64,000 nucleotides of DNA, from assembly GCA_964016885.1 (NCBI GenBank), contig OZ024744.1:52452001-52516000 (forward strand), written 5' to 3'. The position numbers and the translations under genes were made by a program. Shown piece after piece: positions 17,243 through 31,600 of this stretch. The notes beneath the pieces were generated by a model. It made no database searches. It had not been told where the DNA came from and saw only the letters and a program-made list of their open reading frames with translations. Positions within the stretch are counted from its first letter, which is position 1. Each line of letters starts with the position of its first letter. This DNA comes from Eledone cirrhosa. Its lineage: Eukaryota.

Positions 17243-17281
17243 GATATTTACATGCACATACATGCAAATAAAACATTTACA

Positions 17282-17368
<87 letters not shown>

Positions 17369-17420
17369 ATATATATATATATACATATCACAAATATATA
17401 TTTACATATATATGTATATA

Positions 17421-17463
<43 letters not shown>

Positions 17464-17509
17464 GATATTTACATGCACATACATACAAATAAAACATTTA
17501 CACACACAT

Positions 17510-17577
<68 letters not shown>

Positions 17578-17638
17578 CACAAATATATATTTACATATAT
17601 ATGTATATAGGCATATATATATATATATATATATATAT

Positions 17639-17797
17639 AACGAAGGAAATGTGGTAAGGAACCAGATGGACCATAACGCACCAGAGTACTCAATACTTAG
17701 TGTAGTAGAGTGGGTAATAGGAACGAGTAGGACACCAACGGCTGAGCTCAAGCCGTTTCGAAACGGCTTGAGCTCAGACGTCGGGGTCCTACTCGTT

Positions 17798-17800
<3 letters not shown>
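17639..17800. mobile_element. Family B fold-back element
   Basis: AACGAAGGAAATGTGGTAAGGAACCAGATGGACCATAACGCACCAGAGTACTC body; palindrome centred on TTTCGAAA. Confidence 0.85.
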
Positions 17801-17847
<47 letters not shown>

Positions 17848-17854
17848 CATATAT

Positions 17855-17888
<34 letters not shown>

Positions 17889-18222
17889 TTATTTATATAT
17901 GTAAATGTGTTGTGTGTGTGTGTGTGTGTACGTGCGTATTTATGTATTTATGTGTATATAAATATATACACGCTTTTTATGGGCACTCTTTCAATTCTTA
18001 ATGCTTGGATTTTGTGTTTTAATAGTATAGTCCGGTGAGTACATAGCAGATTCGTCTAACTAACCAGACTCAAGCTTGCCCTTACATATAAACACATGTA
18101 TACATGTGTACATATGAACTCACCTATATATAAATATTTAGATATATACTTGCATACAATACATTCAAATACACACACCAGCCGTCACGGGGTCCTGTCT
18201 CTTTTCCTATTTATATTTTTAA

Positions 18223-18263
<41 letters not shown>

Positions 18264-18265
<2 letters not shown>

Positions 18266-18400
18266 ACGAAGGAAGTGTGGTAAGGAACCAGATAGAACAT
18301 AACACACCAGAGTACTCGATATTTATGGTAGCAGAGTGGGTAATAGGAAAATGTTTAACCCCGACGGCAGAGCTCAAGTCGTCGGGGTTAAATATTTTCC

Positions 18401-18402
<2 letters not shown>
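18264..18402. mobile_element. Family B fold-back element
   Basis: Same body; fold-back centred on GAGCTC. Confidence 0.85.
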
Positions 18403-18438
<36 letters not shown>

Positions 18439-18625
18439 CAAATATATATGTGTATAAATATATATAAAATACACACACATTTAGATAGATAACTGCCAAG
18501 CGAGACGGAATGTGGATGGATAGCTTCATTAAACTTAATATATATATATTTCTACTTACTATCGAAACGGCGTTAGCTCTCTCTTTCTGTACACACACAC
18601 ACACAGACACACACAGACACACACA

Positions 18626-18709
<84 letters not shown>

Positions 18710-18944
18710 CATATATATATATAATAATATATACATATAATTAGATATAAATATATATAATTAAAAAATATATACATTATGATATGCAAATATATATAAT
18801 TATATATATGTATATCATGATATATGAATATATATAATTATATATACATACATATATATATATATATATAATTGCTTTTACATTTTTTACTCATTTCTTT
18901 TTAATATATAAATATATTGAATTATAAATACATATACACACACG

Positions 18945-19047
<103 letters not shown>

Positions 19048-19211
19048 GTATATATATATATATATATATATATAGATATATGTGTGTGTGTATATAAGTA
19101 CACGGACGAACGGATAGTTTATATGGGTGAGTGGATCGGTGTATTGTTTGAAACACAGATAGGGATTTGGCTGGACAAAGGAAGATAGGCAGGTAGAAGA
19201 ATAGATGGGTG

Positions 19212-19245
<34 letters not shown>

Positions 19246-19291
19246 GATATTAATAAATGGAAACTATATTTATAAAACCATATTTATTTCA

Positions 19292-19345
19292 TTGTACATA
19301 TTTCAAGGATACCAAGTTAAATTATGGTATGCCTTCATCAGACAA
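19292..19345 (-). ncRNA. Hammerhead candidate (family F)
   Basis: Minus strand: TTG-T-CTGATGA-AGGCATACCA-loop-TGGTATCCTT-GAAA-TATG-TA-CAA. Adjacent 19249-19289 recurs at 8572-8612. Confidence 0.55.
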
Positions 19346-19574
19346 AATACAATATATATATATCAGTTTTACAAATAAGCATTGTATGCATTGCATGTAT
19401 GAATGGATTAATACTGAGATTCCTACATGGATAATGTATTTTGCATGAATTTCATATCGAATAAAAATGTTTTGTACCTTCATACAAATCATTTGTTAAT
19501 TTCCTCAGCTTAAAATAATTCTCTCTTTTATCTGTAATAATAATTAAAATAATAACGAAAATAATAATTAATAT

Positions 19575-19762
19575 AATTGTTTCTACTTTTGGCACAAGGC
19601 CAGCAATTATCCCAGTGCATTACTGGTACTTTACTTTATCGACCCCGTAAGGATGAAAGGCAAAGTTAACCTCGGCCGGATTTGAACTCAGATCGTAAAG
19701 GCCCGTAACTCCATGCTGCAAACCATGGCATCCGACCCCCTAACGATAGGGCCAATCCACCA
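19575..19762 (-). mobile_element. tRNA-derived SINE (main family)
   Basis: Same body and box B as 4035-4215. Confidence 0.85.
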
Positions 19763-19874
19763 AATAATAATTAATATAATGCTTTCCATTTGTACTAATT
19801 TTACTTCAACATCAACACCAACATCAACTGTTATTTCAATATCTTTTAATACCTGCATATTCATATATCTATGC

Positions 19875-19876
<2 letters not shown>

Positions 19877-19907
<31 letters not shown>

Positions 19908-20290
19908 TGTATGTATGTATGTATGTATGTATGTATGTATGTATGTATGTATGTATGTATGTATGTATGTACGTATGTATGTATGTATGTATGTACGTAC
20001 GTATGTATGTATGTATGTATGTATGTATGTATGTATGTATGTATGTATGTATGTATGTATGTATGTATGTATGTACGTACGTATGTATGTATGTATGTAT
20101 GTATGTATGTATGTATGTATGTATGTATGTATGTATGTGTGTATGTATGTATGCATGTACGTATGTATGTATGTATGTATGTATGTATGTATGTATGTGT
20201 GTATGTATGCATGTGTGTATGTATGTGTGTGTATGTATGTATATATGTATGTATGTATGAATGAATGTATGTATGTATGTGTGTATGTGT
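19877..20290. repeat. (TATG)n microsatellite
   Basis: Direct reading. Confidence 0.95.
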
Positions 20291-20472
20291 GGTATGACTG
20301 TTTGTTAGTTATATATACATGTATATGCAAATAATATGTATATATACGTATATACATATACATATATATGTATATACATGTATGTGTATATATATACATA
20401 TACATATGTATAATATATATATGCATGCATACATACACCCCCTCCACACACATATATATATATATATATAAA

Positions 20473-20578
20473 TGCCGTCGGGGTGAAACATTTTCCTATT
20501 ACCCAGTCTACAACCCTAGGTATTGAGTACTCTAGTCCGTTATGGTCCATCTATTTCCTTACCACATTTACTTCCTTA
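20473..20578 (+). mobile_element. Family B element
   Basis: GCCGTCGGGG...TTTTCCTATTACCCA...GAGTACTC...CCTTACCACATTT. Confidence 0.8.
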
Positions 20579-20677
20579 TATATATATATGTCTATTATTT
20601 AACACTCACATATACATAAGGAAATTAACAGAAGTATTCTAATTCCGATAAATGATCCAGATGCTTTCTTCTAGAAG

Positions 20678-20827
<150 letters not shown>

Positions 20828-20868
20828 CGCTATACTTTATCTGATATATATATATACGCTATACCCTA

Positions 20869-20968
<100 letters not shown>

Positions 20969-21042
20969 ACATATATATATACACACACACACATATATAT
21001 ATATATACATATATATATACATATATATACATATATATACAC

Positions 21043-21127
<85 letters not shown>

Positions 21128-21205
21128 ACATATATATATACACACACACACACATATATATATATATACATATATATATACATATATATACATATATATA
21201 TACAC

Positions 21206-21270
<65 letters not shown>

Positions 21271-21660
21271 GAATGAATGTATGTATGTATGTGTGTATGT
21301 ATATATATATATGTATATACTCTAACGTCTATATGTATATACACTATATACATATATATACTCTAACGTCTACAGGAAACTACTGTTCTCCACGCGTAAC
21401 GCTATACCGTATTGCTTTCTGAGATGTTAAGATGTGATTTATGTGCTATTTCTAGCAAGTCAATTGACCAGCCAGTGTCGCATTGTCGTCTGGTTGACCT
21501 TCTGTAATTACTGTGGAATATGACAGTGATGATATCCCTGTATTACCGTCAATATGGCAAATATCACTAATATATCGGATACCATTCTATTTCTATATTA
21601 GGGGCTTTTCTTCTCTACGTGGAATTAACACACGCACATACATACATACTAGCGAACACA

Positions 21661-21691
<31 letters not shown>

Positions 21692-21793
21692 CCACACACA
21701 CACACACATATTTGTCAGCATTTTCCTTTCCTTTTTACTAATATATCACAACTCGTGTGTTACACCTCTATTTATATATATATATATATAAAT

Positions 21794-21828
<35 letters not shown>

Positions 21829-21831
21829 AAT

Positions 21832-21866
<35 letters not shown>

Positions 21867-21874
21867 AAATATAT

Positions 21875-21905
<31 letters not shown>

Positions 21906-21979
21906 AAAAACAAAAACAAAAACAAAGAGTGCAGTCCGAACAGTGTGGTATTAGGTTCACACACACATATATATATATT

Positions 21980-22041
<62 letters not shown>

Positions 22042-22059
22042 AATATATATATATGTATG

Positions 22060-22125
<66 letters not shown>

Positions 22126-22306
22126 AATGAATTTAGATAAACACTAATACAAGTATATAAGTGTTTGTATTGCAAATGACCAAGTTAGCTAGATTGAAAA
22201 ATACTAATTAAAATAATACAGTATATTCAGTTGTATTACACGGCTCAGAAATAGCCCTTTCTTTGAGCTATTTAATTGTAAAAGACTATTTGAGTTTATA
22301 CCTCTC

Positions 22307-22497
<191 letters not shown>

Positions 22498-22527
22498 CAT
22501 CCACATACATATATATAAATACATGCA

Positions 22528-22569
<42 letters not shown>

Positions 22570-22665
22570 GATAAATACATACATATGCATGCATATACGC
22601 ACACACACACATATAGAAATGCATGTATGTACGTACGTAGGTATAAGTATATGTATATATATATA

Positions 22666-22863
22666 GAAAAAAGTATGAACCCGACGGCAGAGCTCAAGCC
22701 GTTTCGACGGCTATTTCTGGACTAGAAATAGTCCAGAAATAGCCGTCGAAACGGCTTGAGCTCGGCCGTCAGGGTCATACTTTTTCCTATTTCCCACTCT
22801 ACTACTCTAAGTATTGAGTACTCTGGTGCGTTATGGTCCATCTGGTTCCTTACCACACCTTTG

Positions 22864-22865
<2 letters not shown>
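22666..22865. mobile_element. Family B fold-back element
   Basis: Palindrome centred on GGACTA-GAAA-TAGTCC. Confidence 0.85.
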
Positions 22866-22917
<52 letters not shown>

Positions 22918-22920
22918 ATC

Positions 22921-22952
<32 letters not shown>

Positions 22953-23140
22953 TATATTGTATATAAAGAGAGACATATATACGTATGTATGCTTGTGTGT
23001 GTATATATATATATATATTATATATTTATATATATATATATAAATATATAGATAGATAGATAGAATGATAGATACATATCATCTTCGTTTCCTTCGTAGT
23101 TGCAACAGTGAAATCTGTTTTAAGTCATTTTATTTCTACT

Positions 23141-23155
23141 ATTACTACGACGACG

Positions 23156-23239
<84 letters not shown>

Positions 23240-23244
23240 GCTAC

Positions 23245-23275
<31 letters not shown>

Positions 23276-23297
23276 ATTACTGATAGTGCTGATGTTG

Positions 23298-23365
<68 letters not shown>

Positions 23366-23420
23366 GCTTCTGTAGTTTCTTGTGCTACCTCCATTGCAGC
23401 TGCTACTTCTGCTGATGTTG
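23141..23420. repeat. (ACT)n/(GCT)n compound trinucleotide repeat
   Basis: Direct reading. Confidence 0.95.
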
Positions 23421-23702
23421 CCATTCCTTTCATCACCAACATATCCACTACAGAAACAAACAGAGTAATATGAATCCGTCCAATGAGACTCTATATTACC
23501 GCGCCATTCAACCAAATCCCCTTACTGTCACCATTAAAAGGAAGGACACTTTAGATAATGCATTGATGGATACAGAAAAAAGATATGGATTGTCATGGTT
23601 GCAACGCCTTTGTCCATATTTATGCTATCATATAATGCTGAAATGTCGCTAAACAGCAACAATACTACAATTGCTGAAAAACAACAACAACTACAAAATA
23701 AT

Positions 23703-25345
23703 AATTGTTTCTACTTTAGGCACAAGGCCAGCAAATTACCCAGTGCATTACTGGTACTTTATTTCATCGACCCCGTAAGGATGAAAGGCAAAGTTAACCT
23801 CGGCGGGATTTGAAGTCAGAATGGCAAGGGCCGTAACTCTATGCGTCAAAGCATGGCATCCGACGAATAATAATAATAATAATAATAAAATAAAATAAAC
23901 AAGTTTAATGATTTCTAATTTTGGTAAATAGCGACATGTTTTATAGCGGGAGGTTTGAGGGAAATTTGGTTATGTTGAACTCAGTACTTGATTGGTACTT
24001 TATTTTTTCAATCTCAGAAGGACGAAAAGCAAAGTTGCCCATGACGGAATTTGAACGTAATGAGTCCGACAAATTACTGCCGACCTTTACACAAGGCCAA
24101 TAATTTGAAGGAAGATCCAAGTCGATTAAATCAACCCCAGTACTTAATATTACTTTATTTGACCAACTACGGTGGTGTAACAATCAACTTGACCAGAAAG
24201 TAAGGAACTGTAATTAAAACCTCGCTCTAGCGTATTGGCCTACCTACCGCTATATAATAATTATTTAAACTTTTGACACAAGGCTAACAATTTTGTGGGG
24301 GAAAGGATGTCGATTAAATTCACTCCGGTATGTTACTGGTACTTTATTTTATCGACCCCGTAAGGATGAAATGTAAAGCTAACCTAGGTGGGATTTAAAA
24401 TCAGAACATAAAGGGCCGTAACTATATCCCGCAAAAGCATGTTGTCCGACATTCTAATGCCACTGTCAATCCACCACCCTATCGCTTTTTAATAATTATG
24501 ATACTCATAAGATGCGATTTGCAATTCTTTATAAACTAAAATAATTAGCATCATCATAATCAACTACAACAATGAAAATAATCAATAACAGAGTAGTAGG
24601 AATGTCTATACAATGCTGATAGATATAGATGGAACTACAGTAAAATTGATGACAAAACAGAATAACGTGGCTACCAACGGTCTGTCACTCGCACAACAGG
24701 AAAACTGTGTGAGAATAGAACGTTTCGTTTTTCTAAACCCATCTTTGACCATTTGAAAACAAGGTCTTTACCATGAAATATCATGATATATAGTGTAAAA
24801 TCATTATTTCTTTGTCATCATTTTTTTACCCCAGTTCCAAGTTCCATAATTCTAACCGCATTGTAATTGCTTTCACTTCACCCCATTATTTATTACCCAT
24901 CTCACAATCCTTCATATAAAAAAATTAAATTAATATTTCACAATTTAGGCACAAGGCCAGTAAATGAGGGAGTTGGTTCAACCTACCTTAGTACATGTTT
25001 GAAATTTTATTTTATCGACTAGAAAGATGAAAGGCAAATTGATTTAGCAGGATTTAAATTCAGAACGTAATGGGCAATAACTAAACTGTGAAACATGTTG
25101 TCCAACCTTCTAATGATTCAGGAATTCTACAGATTAAGCAATAATATTGATTTCTAATTTAGGACGACGGCCAGTATATTTTGGGGAATGTCAAAGTTGA
25201 TTGAATCAACCATAGTATTTGACTAGTACATTATTCTAGGATGATAGGCAAAGTTGAATATGGTGGAATTTGAACTCAGAACATAAAGAATGTAAAGAGA
25301 AAGAATAAATACTGCACTGGAATTTCATCGGACACTCAACCCACC
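23703..25345 (-). mobile_element. Cluster of ~6 co-oriented SINE copies of differing decay
   Basis: Copies near 23703-23864, 23910-24070, 24080-24160, 24260-24480, 24935-25130 and 25145-25345 share variants of CACAAGGCCAG...TTTATCGAC...GATGAAAGGCAAAG...GATTTGAACTCAGAA. Confidence 0.75.
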
Positions 25346-25379
25346 AAGGTAAAATATTAGTAATTCTTACGGTGTTTTC

Positions 25380-26010
25380 TCTTGAACATGCAAAATACCC
25401 CACTCCCATTCAGTAGGCAGTTTAGATATTATTGATAATCTCCGATCTGAGCGTACTCCGGAAGAATTTCTCAGTCGCTGATAATCGCTCCCAGACTATC
25501 CTTTCTCCCAGTCTTATATTATATACACATATGCAACTGCAGCAAATGTGTGCTTTGCATTTACAACACCCACGGTCCAGGTAAATGGATTTTCCTATGG
25601 GTATTTGTTGTTATTCTCTATCTGATTCTTACACATGTCCATGCATTTTGTGTAACGCTCTTTCGAATTAATATTTGCTACTCTGTGAAAGTGAATTCTT
25701 TCCGTTGATCATCGAGTGTTGATCGAGTAATTTTAGATTTATCGAATTCGAGTTGCATATAGTCAAGGAAAACGAAGATCAACTCTACACCTAACCTCCG
25801 CCTGTCGGACTTCTTGCTCACACACCTCACCCATTTGATAAATCTCTTTTTTATTTCAAATTTTCAACATCCTCTTTCTCCTAAATTTACTCTTTTCTGA
25901 TGAAGGACTGAATCCTAATATGTTGAAGCATTCCTTTTCCTTTCCCAACAAGCGTGAAACTAATATGAATAATTAATTGAATCTGTGTTTATCTTGTTTT
26001 GATTTTTTTT
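25380..26010 (+). pseudogene. Possible decayed Penelope-like element 3' end (Cys linker/GIY-YIG relic plus family E pLTR)
   Basis: CNCSKCVLC, DSYTC, CILCN and VDHR fragments in plus frames; CTGATGAAGGA..TCC at 25897; CAAGCGT.AA..TAATAT tail shared with family E. Confidence 0.4.
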
Positions 26011-26239
26011 GCATACAGACATTGTATGAAATATTTAATCTAATAATTCTTTCATTGCAACCTTCTATGTAAAATTGCTTGAATCATCCATTTTCCTTGA
26101 CCACATTCACCATCTTGTCACACCATCGCTGTATTTTATTTCACATTCCTTTAAATCAATTACAATAATTTTCTTCCATATTTTCTTTAATCATTAACAA
26201 ACATACATCTACTAAATTATGATGACTTTGTTATCTCTT

Positions 26240-26652
26240 GTATGTATGTATGTATGTATGTATGTATGTATCTATGTATGTATGTATGTATGTATGTATG
26301 TATGTATGTATGTATGTATGTATGTATGTATGTACGTATGTATGTATGATTGTATGTATGTATGTATGCATGTATGCATGTATGCATGCATGTATGTATG
26401 TATGTATTATTTTATGTATATATGTATGTATGTATCTATGTATGTATGTATGTATGTATGCATGCATGTATGTATGTATGCATGTATGTATGTATGTATG
26501 TATGTATGTATGTATGTATGTATCTATGTATGTATGTATGTATGTATGTATGTATGTATGTATGTATGTATGTATGTATGTATGATTGTATGTATGTATG
26601 TATGCATGTATGCATGTATGCATGCATGTATGTATGTATGTATTATTTTATG

Positions 26653-26686
<34 letters not shown>

Positions 26687-26863
26687 TGTATGCATGCATG
26701 TATGTATGTATGCATGTATGTATGTATGTATTATTTTATGTATGTATGATTGTATGTATATATGTATGTATGCATGTATGTAAATAATTACATACACATA
26801 TCAATACATTGGCAGTCAATTAGACTAGCATTTAAATAGACAGAGAAACGGATAGATAGATAT

Positions 26864-26930
<67 letters not shown>
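26240..26930. repeat. (TATG)n with internal ~236-bp duplication, then (GATA)n
   Basis: The variant pattern GATTG...GCATG...ATTATTTT occurs twice; (GATA)n at 26850-26930. Confidence 0.9.
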
Positions 26931-26931
<1 letters not shown>

Positions 26932-28029
26932 GTAATTAGTCAAACATTGATATCTTTATTCGAAATAGACTGATAAGATATGTAGATAGTGATGTCGATA
27001 GATTGATAAATGTTGTCATTTATAGACACCTAGATAGGTAGTTAGAGCTAGGTATAGTTAGTTGTTATACTGCTGATCAACTTGTCAACACTTTGTAATT
27101 AGTTAGGTATGGATGAAGATATGAAGATATCAAATTGCATTTCCCAGAGAAATCTTGTACAAAGTAGTTGCCGCTTGGTACTTAGTGGTTGTTTTTAATT
27201 TTGTTATCTATTATACATAAATATATTATGACAACTATATTTCATAGACAGAAATTAAACAATGATGGAAATATTAGAAAAAGAAAAAAAAGATAACAAA
27301 ATTAAGCAAAGAAAAGAGGGGAAGTAGTAAAGAAAAGCAGATCTGATTTTTTTGATTTTTTATTATTAAATATATTTATTGTAAAGCGCCAGCTCAGCAC
27401 TAATGGTAGTGGGTTAGGAGGAAGCCCTAGGGCAAGGACGACAGAAGTCTCCACTGCTAGGGACTCGACTGCATACCTGTTGGAGAGCGACCGATACATG
27501 GAGAGTTTACCTTCTTCAGCCCGAAATGGAGCAGAACATGGGTTAGTCGCACCGGGTTTACGTATGTGTGCATGTATTTATGTGTACGAGCATGTATATG
27601 TATGTATGGCGTGTATTTTCGCGTATACACGTGCATGGACGTATATAGGTGAGTGTATGTATATATTTAATTATCATTACTTTTATGATTTTAATAACCT
27701 CTGTCATTTCGTTCAACTAATTAATTTACAAATTAGGATTGGTGCTCTGAAATAGCGATGTATACATGAATGTATGTATAGTATATTTGGTAATATACCG
27801 TATGTTTAATTAAGAACATTTTGAAGACTTGCGCTATCATTTTAAATTAGTGACTATGTCACTTACTTCTTTTTTCGGCAAAGGAAGGGAGAGAAGTTGA
27901 CAGATTCTCTTTCCCACTGTTGGTGTTCCTCAGAGCAACGTACTCTGCCGAAATTTATAGAGGCTGGATTCTATTATTCTTAACTCCGAAGCCGAGAGTC
28001 ATTCGGTTTCCTAAATAGAATATTAGTCT

Positions 28030-28385
28030 AATGACTACATTTATACCATTAAACGTGGTTGTGTTCTCATCGCTCCACATAACGACGTAATTATTTTCGC
28101 TTTTTTCCGTTCATTGCCAGGGAATGTCTTCACGAACCAAAGTATCGTCTTCCTGTTTTCCTTCGGTTGCAACGGTTTTCGAAATACTTACTTCTGCGTT
28201 CACAGATAGATTTCTTTTTTAGTTTCAGAAGATCCCGTTAAGCGTGAAAGCAACAATTTTTTGCTTAAATATTAATCTGTTATTTTAATAAATATTTGCT
28301 CTACGGTTCTTATATATTTGATATATATTTATCCTTATCGAGCCCTCTTTGGATTTTAGTCTTCACATTTATTATTATTACTATA
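28030..28385 (+). mobile_element. Family D copy 2 with CAGAAGA hammerhead variant at 28221-28270
   Basis: Homologous to 7976-8325. Confidence 0.75.
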
Positions 28386-28519
28386 TATATATTTATATAT
28401 ATATAATGTATATATATATATATAACGCTATATGTGTGTGTCTATATATATATAGTTACACACACATACACAACACACACGCACACACACACACACACAC
28501 ACACATGCGCGCGCGCACA

Positions 28520-28688
28520 TATTATTATATATATATACAGGTTTCCAGGAGATGTCTACATTAAATGGACCTGGTACTTTTATCTAAGGACATTTTCCAA
28601 TTCCAACCTCCCCGTCTCGTCAATCTATCTTATTTCTCATTCTTTCTTCTGATGAAGGACTAGCGGCGTCCAAAACATTAGGCCCTCT
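28520..28688 (+). mobile_element. Family E fragment with mutated hammerhead
   Basis: CATTCTTTCTT-CTGATGA-AGGAC-TAGCGGC-GTCC-AAAAC matches the minus-strand copy at 6468-6510. Confidence 0.7.
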
Positions 28689-31600
28689 GGTGGGGTAGTG
28701 TGATGGTATGGTGTTGTGTGGTGTGGTGTAGGGTAGTGTGCTGTAGCGTGGAGTTGTATGGCGCAGTGAGGTGTGGCGCGGAGTGGTGTAGTGTGGTGTA
28801 GTGTAGAGTGCTGTAGTGTTGTGCGATGAGTTCTAAGGTAGTGTGGTGTGGTGCAGTGTAGTGTAGTGTGGTGTAGTGTAGTATAGTGTGGTGTGGTGTG
28901 ATGTAGTGTAGTGTGATGGGTGTAGGGTGGTGTGGTGTGGTGTAGAGTAGTGTGGTGTAGTGTGGTGTAGTGTGATGTGGTGTGGTCTGGTGTAGTGTGG
29001 TGTGGTGTAGTGTAGTGTGGTGTAGTGTGGTATGGTGTAAAGTGGTGTGGTGTGGTGTAATATGGTGTGGTGTAGCGTGGAGTACTGAGGTGTGATGGGT
29101 GTAGGGTGTTGTGGTGTTGTGTAGTGTATAGTAGTGTGGTGTAGTGTGGTGTAGTGTGGTGTGGTGTGGTGTGGTGTAGTGTAGTGTGGTGTAGTGTGGT
29201 GTGGTGTGGTGTGGTTTAGTGTAGTGTGGTGTAGTGTGGTATGGTGTAAAGTGGTGTGTTGTGGTGTGGTGTAGTGTGGTGTAGTGTGCAGTACTGAGGT
29301 GTAGTGTGGTGTAGTGTCGTGTGGTGTAGTTTGGTGTAGTGTGGTGTAGTGTGCTATAGTGCGGTGTGGCGTAGTGTAGTGTGGTGTGGTGTAGTGTGGT
29401 GTGGAGTAGTGTGGTGTAATGTGGTATGGTGTGATGTAGTGTAGTGTGATGGGTGTAGGGTGGTGTGGTGTTGTGTAGTGTAGAGTAGTGTGGTGTAGTG
29501 TGGTGTAGTGTTGTGTGGTGTGGCGTGGTGTAGTGTGGTATTGTGTAGTGTGGTGTGGTGTAATGTGGTGTGGTGTAGTGTGATGTGGAGTAGTGCGGTG
29601 TAGTGTGGTGTAGTGTATGGACTGTGATGTAGTGTGGAGTGGTGTGGTGTAATCTGGTGTAGTGTGGTAGTGTGGTAGTATAGTGTGGGGTAGTGTGGTG
29701 TGGTGTAGTGTGGTAGTGTGGTAGTATGGTGTGGTGTAGTGCGGTAGTGTGGTGTAGTGTGGTGTAGTGTAGTGTCGTGTAATGCGGAGGTGTGTTAGTA
29801 TTGTGTGGTGTAGTGTAGTGTGGTAGTATGGTGTGGTATAGTGTGGTGTAGTGTAGTGTGGTGTAGGGTGGTATGGTGTAGTGTGGTGTGGTGTAGTGTC
29901 GTGTTTTGTGGTGTAGTTTAGTGTAGTGCAGATTAGTGTAGTGTGATGTAGTACGGTAGTGTCGTAGTATGGTGTGGTGTAGAGTAGTGTAGTGTAGTGT
30001 AGTGCGGTAGTGTGGTGTAGTGCGGTGTAGTGTCGTGGAATTTAGTGGGGTGTGGTGTAGTGTAGTGGTGTGTGGTGTAGTGCGGTAGTGTCGTAGTATG
30101 GTGTGGTGTAGAGTGTTGAAGTGTAGTGTCGTGTAGTGCGGTAGTGTGGTGTAGTATGGTGTAGTGTGGTGTAGTGTAGTGTGGTGTAGTGCTGTAATGT
30201 GGTAGTATGGTTTGGTGTAGTGTGGTGTAGTTTAGTGTTGTGTAGTGCGGTAGTGTGGTATTATGGTGTGGTGTAGTGTGGTGTAGTGTGGTGGTGTGTG
30301 GTTTAGTGCGGTATTGTGGTAGTATAGTGTGGTGTAGAGTGGAGTAGTGTAATGTAGTGTAGTGTAGTGTGGTGTGGTATAGTTTAATCTGGTGTAGTGT
30401 AGTGTGGTGTTGTGTGGTGTAGTATCGTGTAGTGTAGTGTGGTGTAGTGCAGTAGTGTGGTAGTATGGTGTGGTGTAGTGTTTTGTAGTGTGGTGTAGTG
30501 TAGTCTGGTAGTATGGTGTGGTGTATTGTGGTGTAGTGTAGTGTGGTGTAGTGTAGTCTGGTGTAGTGTGGTGTGGTGTGGTGTAGTGTAGTGTGGTATA
30601 GTGCGGTAGTGTCGTAGTATGGTATGGTGCATTGTAGTGTAGTGTAACGTAGTGTAGTGTAGTGTAGTGTAGTGTGGTGTAGTGTAGTGTAGTGTAGTGT
30701 GGTGTAGTGTGGTGTAGTGTAGTGTGGTGTGGTGTAGTGTGGTGTAGTGTAGTGTGGTGTAGTGTGGTGGAGTGTTGTGTAGTTTGGTTTAGTGGGATAT
30801 GGTGTAGTGTGGTGTAGTGTAGTTTGGTGTAGTGTAGTGTGGTGTAGTGTAGTATAGTGTGGTGTCGTGTAGTGTGGTGTAGTGTCGTGTAGTGTGGTGT
30901 GGTGTAGTGTAGTGTAGTGTCGTGTAGTGTAGTCTGGTTCAGTGTGGTGTGGTGTAGTTTAGTGTGGTGTAGTGCGGTAGTGTCGTAGTATGGTGTGGTG
31001 TAGAGTGGTGAAGTGTAGTGTCGTGTAGTGTAGCGGGTAGTGTGGTTTATTGTGGTGTAGTGTGGTGTAGCATAGTGTGGTGTAGTGCTGTAATGTGTTA
31101 GTATGGTGTGGTGCAGTGTGGTGTAGTGTAGTGTAGTATAGTGCGGTAGGGGGTAGTATGGTGTGGTGTAGTGTGGTTTAGTATAGTGTGGTAGTGTGGT
31201 GTTGTGTAGAGTGCTGTACTGTGGTGAAGTGCGGTGTAGTGTACTGTGGTGTAGTGTAGTGTGGTGTAGTGTGGTGTGGTGTAGTATAGTTTACTGCAGT
31301 GTAGTGTAGTGTAGTGTAGTGTAGTGTAGTGTAGTGTAGTGTAGTGTGGTAGTGTGGTAATATGGTGTGGTGTGGTGTAGTGTGGTGTTGTGTGCTGTAG
31401 TGTAGTGTGGTGTAGTGTAGTGTAGTTTAGTGTGGTGTAGTGTGGAGCAGTGTAGTGTAGTACGTTAGTGTGGTGTAGTGTGGTGTAGCGTAGCGTGGTG
31501 TAGTGTGGTGTAGTGTAGTGTGATGTGGTGTAGTGTTGTGTGGAGTAGTGTGGTGTATTGTGGTGTAGTGTAGTGTAGATTAGTGTAGTGTGGTGTAGTG

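Noticed and set aside
17202-17615. ~200-bp direct duplication (also near 20950-21200)
   Set aside because: Ordinary slippage or unequal exchange between microsatellites, or assembly noise.
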